From Planctomycetota bacterium (GTDB lineage: Bacteria > Planctomycetota > Planctomycetia > Planctomycetales > Planctomycetaceae): a stretch of 43,237 nucleotides of DNA. Shown in pieces: positions 11,823-19,040 of this stretch. The notes below the pieces were generated by a model. The model ran no database searches. It saw only the letters and a program-made list of their open reading frames with translations, and was not told where the DNA came from. Position numbers and translations under genes: made by a program. Location: NCBI GenBank assembly GCA_019347905.1, contig JAHWKJ010000001.1, forward strand, positions 1-43,237. The letters are read 5' to 3'. Numbering within the stretch: the stretch's first letter is position 1; each line of letters starts with the position of its first letter.

Positions 11823-12692
11823 TCAAGGCAGAACGGTCGGCTCGGCTGAGAGCGCGCTGGCATCGTCAATCGCCACGCCGGCCTTCTCGCTGATGAGCAC
11901 CGAGTGCCGCCGGTTGCCGGCGATCTCGCAGCCTTGCACGAGCACCGCCGACGTTCCACCGGCGGCCAGCCCCGCGCGACCGTTCTCCAACAGCCGCACG
12001 TTCTCGAGCACCACATCGCGGCAGAGATCGTGCGCGTTTGCGCCGTCGCGCTGGAAATGCTGAAATGTGAGGTTGCGAATCGTCGCGTGTCGCACGTTGT
12101 ACAGCGACAGTCCGACCCCGCGCGCGGCCAGCGCCAGCGACCGGTCGCGCGGCTCGTCGAAGCCCTCCAGCCGCAGATAGATGGAGCCTTCCCACGCGCA
12201 CCAGTGGCCGGCCGGCAGATCGGTCGCGGGATGAGCCTCGCGCGGACATTCATGCTCGGCCAGCGGCCGTCCCGCATCGAGCAGCAGGTACCACCCCTTC
12301 TTCCAGGGCGTCAGCTTCCACAGGTCTTCGCCGGCCTTCCGCCATAAGTTCGGCGGCAGCGCGGCGGAACCATCGACGACCGCACCGTTACCTTCGATGG
12401 TGAAGTGGGCCAGTGGCGAGCCGCTGTTGACGCGGCCGTCCATCGCCAGCGACTCGTAGTAAGGCCGGCCGTTGTTCTTGATGACAATCGTGTCGCCGGT
12501 TCCGGCGAGCCGCAGAGCGCGTCCGATCGTGCGGACGGGACCCGTCAGCGGATCGACGGGCGTCGCGAATCGCCCATTCGCCGTGTCGCGTCCCAGCACG
12601 TCGTCCACGTACAGGTCCTCCGCCACGCTGGCTCCAGCGGCCGACAGGGCGGCGAAGAAGAAGGCGACGCAGCGGCGGGTAAGTCGTCTCAT
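11823..12692 (-). CDS. Secreted right-handed parallel beta-helix repeat protein
   Basis: Track ORF with signal peptide MRRLTRRCVAFFFAALSAAGASVA. N-terminal DLYVDDVLGRDTANG...IGRALRLAGTGDTIVIKNNGRPYYESL. PbH1-like repeats NVRHATIRNLTFQHF / DVVLENVRLLENG / VLVQGCEIAGN. Confidence 0.7.
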   Translation of the reverse strand: MRRLTRRCVAFFFAALSAAGASVAEDLYVDDVLGRDTANGRFATPVDPLTGPVRTIGRALRLAGTGDTIVIKNNGRPYYESLAMDGRVNSGSPLAHFTIEGNGAVVDGSAALPPNLWRKAGEDLWKLTPWKKGWYLLLDAGRPLAEHECPREAHPATDLPAGHWCAWEGSIYLRLEGFDEPRDRSLALAARGVGLSLYNVRHATIRNLTFQHFQRDGANAHDLCRDVVLENVRLLENGRAGLAAGGTSAVLVQGCEIAGNRRHSVLISEKAGVAIDDASALSAEPTVLP

Positions 12693-12796
12693 ACGTTTCC
12701 AGGCGCAGCTTGAGCTCTTGCACCCCTATTCTGTCTCAGGCATCGCCACCCGAAGCATGAAGATTGAACCGAATCGGCAAGCCTGCCGCTGAAAGC

Positions 12797-13474
12797 TCAC
12801 CACCCGCCTTGCGCCGCCGGCACGATCGGTTTCAATTGCTTCATCTCACCCAGCAGCACCGTCCACGGCAGCGGATTGCGCCGCACGAGCACCTGGAAGT
12901 GGCGTTCGCACAATCGTACGAGGCCGGTCGCGCTAAAGTGCTGCACGTGCCCCGGCGTATTGCCCAACCGTGCCAGATAGCGGCCGCGAAGCAGGTTCAG
13001 CATCCGCCACAGCGGTTCGCGGGGCGTGCTGACGAGCAGGTGCCGCTTTGCCACGCGGCACAATTCACCCAGAGCGCGCGGTGGATCGTCGAGATGTTCC
13101 AGGACTTCGCAGCAGACGACCAGATCAAACTCGGCGGCCGCATAGGGCAGTTCATAGACAGAGGCTTCGCGCACGCGGATCAGCGGGTCGAGGTCGCCGA
13201 CCACCTGCCGGATGGAGAGATCACAGGCCTCGAACCGCTCGGGCCGCGGCCCGCATTCGAGGAGCTTCTGCGCGAGATAGCCTTCGCCGCAGCCGACCTC
13301 CAGCACGCTATTGGGCGCCGCCTGCCGGTAAAGATCCGTCACCGCGGCGAGAAACCCTCGCATCAGCCAACGGGCGAGGGGGTTCCACGTCGTGTACTTC
13401 GGGTACACGTTTCCGACGATCGTGGTGTCGTGAGGAATCGAGCCGCTTTCCTCGCGCGCAGATTCAGTTGCCAT
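12797..13474 (-). CDS. Class I SAM-dependent methyltransferase
   Basis: Track ORF 12797-13540. Motif I VLEVGCGEGYLAQKL and post-I/II DLVVCCEVLEHLDDP. The more plausible start is the internal ATG at 13474 (MATESAR...). Confidence 0.85.
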   Translation of the reverse strand: MATESAREESGSIPHDTTIVGNVYPKYTTWNPLARWLMRGFLAAVTDLYRQAAPNSVLEVGCGEGYLAQKLLECGPRPERFEACDLSIRQVVGDLDPLIRVREASVYELPYAAAEFDLVVCCEVLEHLDDPPRALGELCRVAKRHLLVSTPREPLWRMLNLLRGRYLARLGNTPGHVQHFSATGLVRLCERHFQVLVRRNPLPWTVLLGEMKQLKPIVPAAQGGW

Positions 13475-13597
13475 CTGGGTGTTCCGCACGCGTGGCTGGG
13501 GCAGGGAAAGCCAGGACAAGCGTCGAGCGCACGGCGACAATGCGCACGTCGCACGCCTGTGAGTCGTAGATCGCGTGATGCCCCAGTCGGCGATGGG

Positions 13598-14737
13598 TCA
13601 ACCGCACGGACTGGGGCATCGCGGGAGACGAATCGACGATGCAGCCGTCTCGGAAATTGCCGCGGCATGGGATAGCCCCACTGGCTCACCCTGCCCCAGC
13701 CACGGTGCAGCTCCGGTGCGGTAGAGGCCGTCGATGCTCTCGGCCCGATCGTCCGCTTCGTCATGCGGAATCGCAAGTTCCAGCCGCCGCAGCCGCACGA
13801 GCGTCTCTTCGGCCAGCCGGCGGTTGGCCGCGAGCAGGTCGCCCAGCATCGCCATCAGCCCCACCACGAACGACAGGATGACGGCCCCCACGCCCACGAG
13901 CAGCGACTGCACGTGCCCGCTGTAGCCCGGATCGCCGAGGTAGAAGTACAGAAATCGCCCGATCAATACGAGCCCCATCGCCAGGAGCAGCAGCGCCGCG
14001 CCGCCGAACGTCTGCACCGGCCAATACATCAAAAACGACCGCAGGATGACCGGCACGCTCTTGCGCAGGTAATCGAACGTCGAGCCGAACAGCCGCGACG
14101 GGCGCGTGACGGGATTGGTGCGCACCGGCACGTTTTCCACGGCCAGCCCGGCCTGCCCCGCCTGAATCAGCGTCTCCAGCGTATAGCTGAAGCGATTGTG
14201 GACGAACAGCGTCAGCGCCGCCTTGCGGTTCATGGCCCGAAACCCGCTGGTGGCATCGCGGACCACAACGCCCGAAGCCCGCCGCACCACCCAAGTCCCC
14301 AGCCGCTGCAGCCAGCGCTTGGAGAGCGAGAAGTGACCGTTGGTGCCGTTCCGCCGGTCGCCGATCACCAGATCCGCCCGCTCAGCCAGGATCGGCTCGA
14401 CCAGCCGCGCGATGTCTTCACCACGGTACTGATTGTCGGCGTCGGTGTTGACGATGACATCCGCCCCCACCCGCAGGCTGGCGTCGACGCCGGCCTGAAA
14501 CGCCGCCGCCAGCCCCCGCCGCCGCGGAAACCGGAGCACATAATGCACGCCCAACTGCTCGGCAATCTCCGCCGTCCCGTCGGTGCTGCCGTCGTCAATG
14601 ACGAGCAGTTCGATCGCATCGACGCCCGCAGCCCGCCGCGGGAGATCAGCCAGGGTGGCGGGCAACTGCTCCCGCTCGTTGAAGCAGGGAATCTGGATCA
14701 GCAGTTTCAAGCGCGCAATGTCCTTATAAGCGTTCAC
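13598..14737 (-). CDS. GT2 family glycosyltransferase with C-terminal TM helices (polyprenol-phosphate sugar synthase / GtrB-ArnC-DPM1-like)
   Basis: Track ORF. Motifs IQIPCFNEREQL, LLVIDDGSTDGT and NTDADNQY (DxD). C-terminal hydrophobic segments WPVQTFGGAALLLLAMGLVLIG and LLVGVGAVILSFVVGLMAMLG. Confidence 0.9.
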   Translation of the reverse strand: MNAYKDIARLKLLIQIPCFNEREQLPATLADLPRRAAGVDAIELLVIDDGSTDGTAEIAEQLGVHYVLRFPRRRGLAAAFQAGVDASLRVGADVIVNTDADNQYRGEDIARLVEPILAERADLVIGDRRNGTNGHFSLSKRWLQRLGTWVVRRASGVVVRDATSGFRAMNRKAALTLFVHNRFSYTLETLIQAGQAGLAVENVPVRTNPVTRPSRLFGSTFDYLRKSVPVILRSFLMYWPVQTFGGAALLLLAMGLVLIGRFLYFYLGDPGYSGHVQSLLVGVGAVILSFVVGLMAMLGDLLAANRRLAEETLVRLRRLELAIPHDEADDRAESIDGLYRTGAAPWLGQGEPVGLSHAAAISETAASSIRLPRCPSPCG

Positions 14738-14749
14738 ACACCAGCAAAC

Positions 14750-15865
14750 TTACTGTGAAGCTGACGGCGCGGACTTGCGTCGTCGCCTCCTCCAGATGAG
14801 CAGCACGATGACCAGCCCCGCAATGAGCAGATTGAAGCCGAGGATCAGCCAGAACCGAAGCCCGCGTCCATCCTCAGCGGGATTGATCATTCTCGTCCCA
14901 GTCCTTGTCGTGGGCAATGACTCGAGCTGCTCGACCATGCTGTCCAGCTTCGCTTCGATCTCCTGGTTCTCGACGGGGACGTAATGAATCACCTTCTCCC
15001 GCGGCACCGCCGGCCGGTGATCGATCAGCCGCGATCCACCTGGCATTTCCAGCGCATTCATCGTGAACAATGCAGGATCGACCTCCGCGTTCACCTCGAA
15101 TTCGTCGTAACTGAGCTCCTGACGCCAGGAACGATTTCGGTGCTTGAGCGTGAACTCCTCGGTCAGTTTGCTGACGAACCAGATGCCCTTGTCCTGCTTC
15201 CATTCCGCCGTCGTGCTGCTGCCGGGGTTCCCATCATTATACACCTGCACGCTGGCGATGTTGTAACCGTACTCGCGTGCGAATTGCTTGACAATTCTGA
15301 CCCTTGCACTGTTTCGTGCAGCGGATTCAGTGATGTAATCGCCAGCCGCTGTCGTGGTGAGTGTGATGGACCCCGGTGTATATGCTTTGAGAATCGCGGG
15401 AATGTTCGCCAAAGGGCTGTACAGCTTGGTGACGTCCCAAGGAAAGTGAGCAAGTTCAGGCTTCGCGGGTCGACCCGGCGTCGTCGGGGCTGGAAAAGCC
15501 TGCGTTTCTGCACCGGTGACCGAGATCCCGTCGGAAAATCGCGTTGCGAAGATCGCCGTGCCGTCGTAGATGATAATCCTCTTGTTCTCCCCCTTTGGGC
15601 TTTTGGAATACTCAAACTGTAGATGATACTTGCCGTCGTCGAAGTAGACAACGACGCGCGAATCGACATCGATGCCCCAATCGCCATCCCCCTCGCGAAT
15701 GTACTGCCGGTAAGTGCCGCGACCCCTGCCGGAAACAAGCGCGCCGAAAGAGGCCTGCCAGGCTTCCTCAATGATGCTGAATTCCAATCCATGCTCGTGC
15801 TTCTGCGCCTGCGCGTTTGCGCAGAAGGCGATTGCCGCGAGGGCTGTCAAAACGGCGGTGCGCAT
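14750..15865 (-). CDS. Hypothetical exported protein with a LolA-like fold signature and a C-terminal TM anchor
   Basis: Track ORF 14750-15934. Likely start is ATG 15865 (MRTAVLTALAAIAFCANAQA signal peptide), preceded by GGAGTGGGA. VVVYFDDGKYHLQFEYSKSPKGENKRIIIYDGTAIF resembles LolA/LolB-type lipoprotein-carrier repeats; this assignment is weak. C-terminal RFWLILGFNLLIAGLVIVLLIWRRRRRK. Confidence 0.55.
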   Translation of the reverse strand: MRTAVLTALAAIAFCANAQAQKHEHGLEFSIIEEAWQASFGALVSGRGRGTYRQYIREGDGDWGIDVDSRVVVYFDDGKYHLQFEYSKSPKGENKRIIIYDGTAIFATRFSDGISVTGAETQAFPAPTTPGRPAKPELAHFPWDVTKLYSPLANIPAILKAYTPGSITLTTTAAGDYITESAARNSARVRIVKQFAREYGYNIASVQVYNDGNPGSSTTAEWKQDKGIWFVSKLTEEFTLKHRNRSWRQELSYDEFEVNAEVDPALFTMNALEMPGGSRLIDHRPAVPREKVIHYVPVENQEIEAKLDSMVEQLESLPTTRTGTRMINPAEDGRGLRFWLILGFNLLIAGLVIVLLIWRRRRRKSAPSASQ

Positions 15866-16000
15866 TCCCACTCCTTCAGTGCGAACGTCGGTGGCCCGGC
15901 GGGCCCGCGGCGCTGGGCCAATAAACAGCCACAATTAATCGGGCTCTGTATCAGGGGCAGGATGCAATCCCTGGCGCGGCAACGCGGAGTCCGGCGCGGG

Positions 16001-16501
16001 CTACGGAGGGGTCAATTGACAAACGTCGTAAATGCAGTAAATCTCCGTCTGCACAGTCTTGCAGATTTCTCCCGTTGGCACGAGCTTTGAGCATTGAAGC
16101 ACGCCGTCAGCATCGGCTTGGCACAAGCAGTCGAAGTCGTCGCGACAGTACACGGACACCGTCGGCGGGTTCGCCGAACAGGTCTCGTTTCCGATGTCGG
16201 GAGTACATTCTTCGGGGAAATACGGGAGCGACCGACTTGTACACAGGTCGTCCTCTGTCTTGCCATCGCAATAAACGGCGAGGTCGGGGCATGTGCCGTC
16301 TCCGTAGTCGCAGAACCGATGGGGCCAGCACCACTCTCCGTAGCTGCGGCCGCGCAGTACAACCAGGTCGGCGTCCGCCAGCGTGCGCTCGAAACAGGTA
16401 GCGGCCGCGGCGTTCGGCGCCGCCGATGCAGGCTGGATGATTGCGACGCCGGCGGCCAGGACGATGACCAGTGCTGCCAGGACGAGTTGCGATTTCATCA
16501 T
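16001..16501 (-). CDS. Small secreted cysteine-rich acidic protein (15 Cys by my count)
   Basis: Internal start MMKSQLVLAALVIVLAAGVAIIQPASA of track ORF 16001-16666. The ATG overlaps the TGA of the upstream DUF1573 gene (ATGA at 16498-16501). Mature part is rich in C, D, E, T and P. No family recognised. Confidence 0.6.
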   Translation of the reverse strand: MMKSQLVLAALVIVLAAGVAIIQPASAAPNAAAATCFERTLADADLVVLRGRSYGEWCWPHRFCDYGDGTCPDLAVYCDGKTEDDLCTSRSLPYFPEECTPDIGNETCSANPPTVSVYCRDDFDCLCQADADGVLQCSKLVPTGEICKTVQTEIYCIYDVCQLTPP

Positions 16502-17580
16502 ACTTCCTTTTCGCGATCCGGCTTCAGTTCTTCGATCAGAAAGCCGTGAACGGCGACGTCCACGGGAAATGTCTCGTTCGTCTCGCGGTGACGCAAGTGG
16601 AAGCGGATGGCCCCGGCCAGTGTGCCTCCGTCGAACGTATCGCTTGTACGGAAACGGAATGTCCATACGTCGCCGGCGGCGGAATCCGTCGGCACCAAGT
16701 CAAGATAGGGCGGCGTCGCCACGCTCTCCAGCATCACTTGGCGCAGCATGGGGCCTCTCAGTCGCACCGTCACGTCAGAGCGACGGCGCAGCTCCGCACG
16801 TCGCACGACGCCGAAATGGACCGTCCGTGGGAGCGCTTCGACGAACTCGACCGGCCGAATGACGACCGGCAATGTCAGAATTCCTTCACTTGGCAAGGAC
16901 GTGCCGACGGTCAGCTCGACCGATTGCGGTGAAACCGACGTGTTGCGGGCCCTGACGTGCAGCCGAACCGACCCTTGAGGCGGAATCTCTTGCGCAGCCC
17001 CTTCAGCCGTGACTGTGGGAGAAGCGAAGCGAGGCGCCTGGAGAGTGACCGGCTCGTCTGAATGATTCTCGATCACGAACTCGCCGTCAGCTTCTGAACC
17101 GCGGATGACGTCCGGGCGGACCACCAGCGTCTCAGGCCGCCAGCGAAGCATGCGCCTGACGTTCGCGCGCAGTGTGCCCGCCACAACACGCTCCCCGCCG
17201 GGCGTCTCCATGGTGATCGGCCTTTCCAGAATGCCGGGAGTCGCCGACGTGCGGAGCGTGCCGGATAGCGTCGCCGCAGCGCCCGATGCGAGGCGGCTGC
17301 AATCGATTTCGATCCGGCTGCAGCCGCAGCCGGCCGAGACGCTTTCGATTTGCACCTCCCGACCGCTCCGATTGATCACCCGTGCTTGGAAATCGACGGA
17401 GGCGTTGAGACGAATGTCGCCGAGGTCAACGAGGGACGGCTCAAGGACTACGTCGCCCTCTCGCATCTGCAAAGTGGACGGTGCCTTCGGCTGCGGCGAT
17501 CGTCTGGATGCGGGCTGGTCCAGGCAACCCGCCGAAAGAACGGCGTTCAAACCGAGAATCAGAAGATTAAGGTGTCGCAT
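16498..17580 (-). CDS. DUF1573-type lipoprotein (PapD/ASH-like Ig-fold repeats)
   Basis: Track ORF. Lipoprotein signal MRHLNLLILGLNAVLSAGC. VDLGDIRLNASVDFQARVINRSGREVQIESVSAGCGCSRIE matches the DUF1573 signature (beta-sandwich ending in xCGC). Further similar-looking segments follow downstream. Confidence 0.75.
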   Translation of the reverse strand: MRHLNLLILGLNAVLSAGCLDQPASRRSPQPKAPSTLQMREGDVVLEPSLVDLGDIRLNASVDFQARVINRSGREVQIESVSAGCGCSRIEIDCSRLASGAAATLSGTLRTSATPGILERPITMETPGGERVVAGTLRANVRRMLRWRPETLVVRPDVIRGSEADGEFVIENHSDEPVTLQAPRFASPTVTAEGAAQEIPPQGSVRLHVRARNTSVSPQSVELTVGTSLPSEGILTLPVVIRPVEFVEALPRTVHFGVVRRAELRRRSDVTVRLRGPMLRQVMLESVATPPYLDLVPTDSAAGDVWTFRFRTSDTFDGGTLAGAIRFHLRHRETNETFPVDVAVHGFLIEELKPDREKEV

Positions 17581-17688
17581 GAGAACGCGCCGTTAGGCGG
17601 CACCTCCCAAGACGAGGCGGGGGGAACACTAATGGCACCAAATTCACGCTGATTTCAACCGCGTACCTCCGCCGCCTGCCTTCGAGAT

Positions 17689-17715
17689 ATTAGTGGAGAT
17701 TAGTGGGAATTAGCG
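17689..17715. promoter_or_regulatory. Three tandem 10-bp direct repeats ATTAGYGGRR, AT-rich, overlapping the C39 stop codon and upstream of the DUF1573 gene
   Basis: attagtggag / attagtggga / attagcg read directly. The one-helical-turn phasing is the geometry used by winged-helix (OmpR/PhoB-like) regulators. Function is inferred only. Confidence 0.3.
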
Positions 17716-18276
17716 TTCCGTGACTGCCCCTGAGCGCACCGTCAACAATAAGGCATTTCCCTTCCAGCGATAGCGCGAGGATCTCAGCAGCCGCTCGTCA
17801 GCGTCGTCCATGCCGACGGCCGGATCGAGCACGCGAACCAGCTTTCCGGCCGCTCCGACAACTGGGACGAAATGCTCTGTCTCCGAGTGCAGGATCGCGT
17901 ATTGCCCAAGCTGTCCGACGTGCCGACGGAGTGCGTCAAACCCGAGCTCGACACCGTTGGCATTGAAGGAAAGCCTTTCGGCCGCGTGCTTCAAATCGAG
18001 CATGGTTGTGCCGTCTTCGGTCGTGTTCGTGAGCTCACGGAGCTTGTCGATGCCGTGCGGCTTGCCGGCGAGTTTGCAGAGGAGGTAGAGGCACTTGGCG
18101 CCGCAGTCCTGCCGCCGCCCAGCAAGTGTGATCCGCTCGACGTCCGGCGTCAGCGGTTGAGACGCGGCAGGGACGATCGCGTGCTGGGTGGTCCACAGAT
18201 CGCGGCCAAACCAATTGACGGCCGCCGCCATGACCAACAGCACCGCCAGAGTGAAATTGACCGTACGCGGTTCCAT
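17710..18276 (-). CDS. Stand-alone peptidase C39-like cysteine protease domain protein with an N-terminal TM/signal anchor
   Basis: Track ORF. N-terminus VNFTLAVLLVMAAAVNWF. QDCGAKCLYLLCKLAGKP matches the C39 Q-x-x-CG-x-x-C/A-L catalytic Cys block. Candidate His in EHFVPVV and Asp in VLDPAVG. Confidence 0.75.
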   Translation of the reverse strand: MEPRTVNFTLAVLLVMAAAVNWFGRDLWTTQHAIVPAASQPLTPDVERITLAGRRQDCGAKCLYLLCKLAGKPHGIDKLRELTNTTEDGTTMLDLKHAAERLSFNANGVELGFDALRRHVGQLGQYAILHSETEHFVPVVGAAGKLVRVLDPAVGMDDADERLLRSSRYRWKGNALLLTVRSGAVTER

Positions 18277-18318
18277 AGCCTGTGCCGCAACAGCGTTGAG
18301 AAGTCCCGACCACGATCT

Positions 18319-18374
18319 AAATGCATTTCAGCGATTCCAAATAGGTGCTGCCAGGGAAGATCGGGGAAGATCGG
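18319..18374. promoter_or_regulatory. AT-rich perfect palindrome AAATGCATTT plus tandem GGAAGATCGG x2, upstream of the C39 gene
   Basis: aaatgcattt at 18319-18328. ggaagatcgg ggaagatcgg at 18355-18374. Located in the 125-nt gap between the 18402-19040 gene and the C39 start at 18276. Confidence 0.3.
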
Positions 18375-18401
18375 ATTTCTTCACGTCGACAATCGGGGAT
18401 C

Positions 18402-19040
18402 TCATGGCCGTTGATGCCAAACGACGCCGCAGCTAGTGCCGTCGCCGAGAAAGTGCAGCAGCGGCTGAGTGAGTCGGCGATTGAGGTGCTTAATCGCGTC
18501 GTGCAATCGAGTCCGCGGATCGACGCCTTCGCGTGGCGGCAGCGGATCATCGATCCGGCGCGGCCAGCCCTCTTCCTCGAACGCGTCGAGGATCAGTGTC
18601 TGGTTCGGTGCCGGTCGCAAGAATTGCTTCACCACCGCCGATCCCAGCCGGAGCTCGCGCCGCTCCGAATCCCACTCCGGCACGACGCGAGTCGGTGTTT
18701 CGGGCTCAAGCAGTTGCGGGATCAATTCGGCCCCCATGGCCGTCAGCACAGCGGCGAGGCGGCGCGAGCGGCGGGCGTTGTCACAGTGCCGAAATCGCCG
18801 CTCGGGATCGCCGTGTCGGGTGTATTCCGTCGCGAGTTCGATCAGCCCGTCGTTCTCGAGCCGATTGAGAACCGCCTGGGTCAATCCGACGGCTTCGAGC
18901 GTTGACTGCAGGACGGCGAACTGCCAGGGATCTTTCCCCGCAGTACAGGCGTGACTCCAGGTTTGCGAAAGCAGGCGCAGTGCCCTTCGGCAGCAATCAT
19001 CAAGCAGCGCGATGACAGTTCCCGTTGGTGTCGTTGTCAT
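18402..19040 (-). CDS. Hypothetical protein, possibly DNA-binding, with a 4-nt overlap onto the upstream GT-C gene
   Basis: Track ORF of 212 aa. The start overlaps the GT-C stop (19037-19040). No confident family. Segments LNRLENDGLIEL and LILDAFEEEGWPRRIDDPLPP look like helix-turn-helix/winged-helix pieces, which is speculative. Confidence 0.55.
   Translation of the reverse strand: MTTTPTGTVIALLDDCCRRALRLLSQTWSHACTAGKDPWQFAVLQSTLEAVGLTQAVLNRLENDGLIELATEYTRHGDPERRFRHCDNARRSRRLAAVLTAMGAELIPQLLEPETPTRVVPEWDSERRELRLGSAVVKQFLRPAPNQTLILDAFEEEGWPRRIDDPLPPREGVDPRTRLHDAIKHLNRRLTQPLLHFLGDGTSCGVVWHQRP

Noticed and set aside
13577-13620. 12-bp perfect inverted repeat GATGCCCCAGTC / GACTGGGGCATC spanning the GT2 stop codon
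   Set aside because: It is a real inverted repeat, but it is short, has a 20-nt loop, has no U-tract and is not repeated elsewhere in the window. That is insufficient to call a terminator or attenuator.
14750-19040. Lower-GC cassette as a mobile element or genomic island
   Set aside because: I could find no integrase, transposase, flanking direct repeats or tRNA target. I report only a compositional and functional distinction, not mobility.
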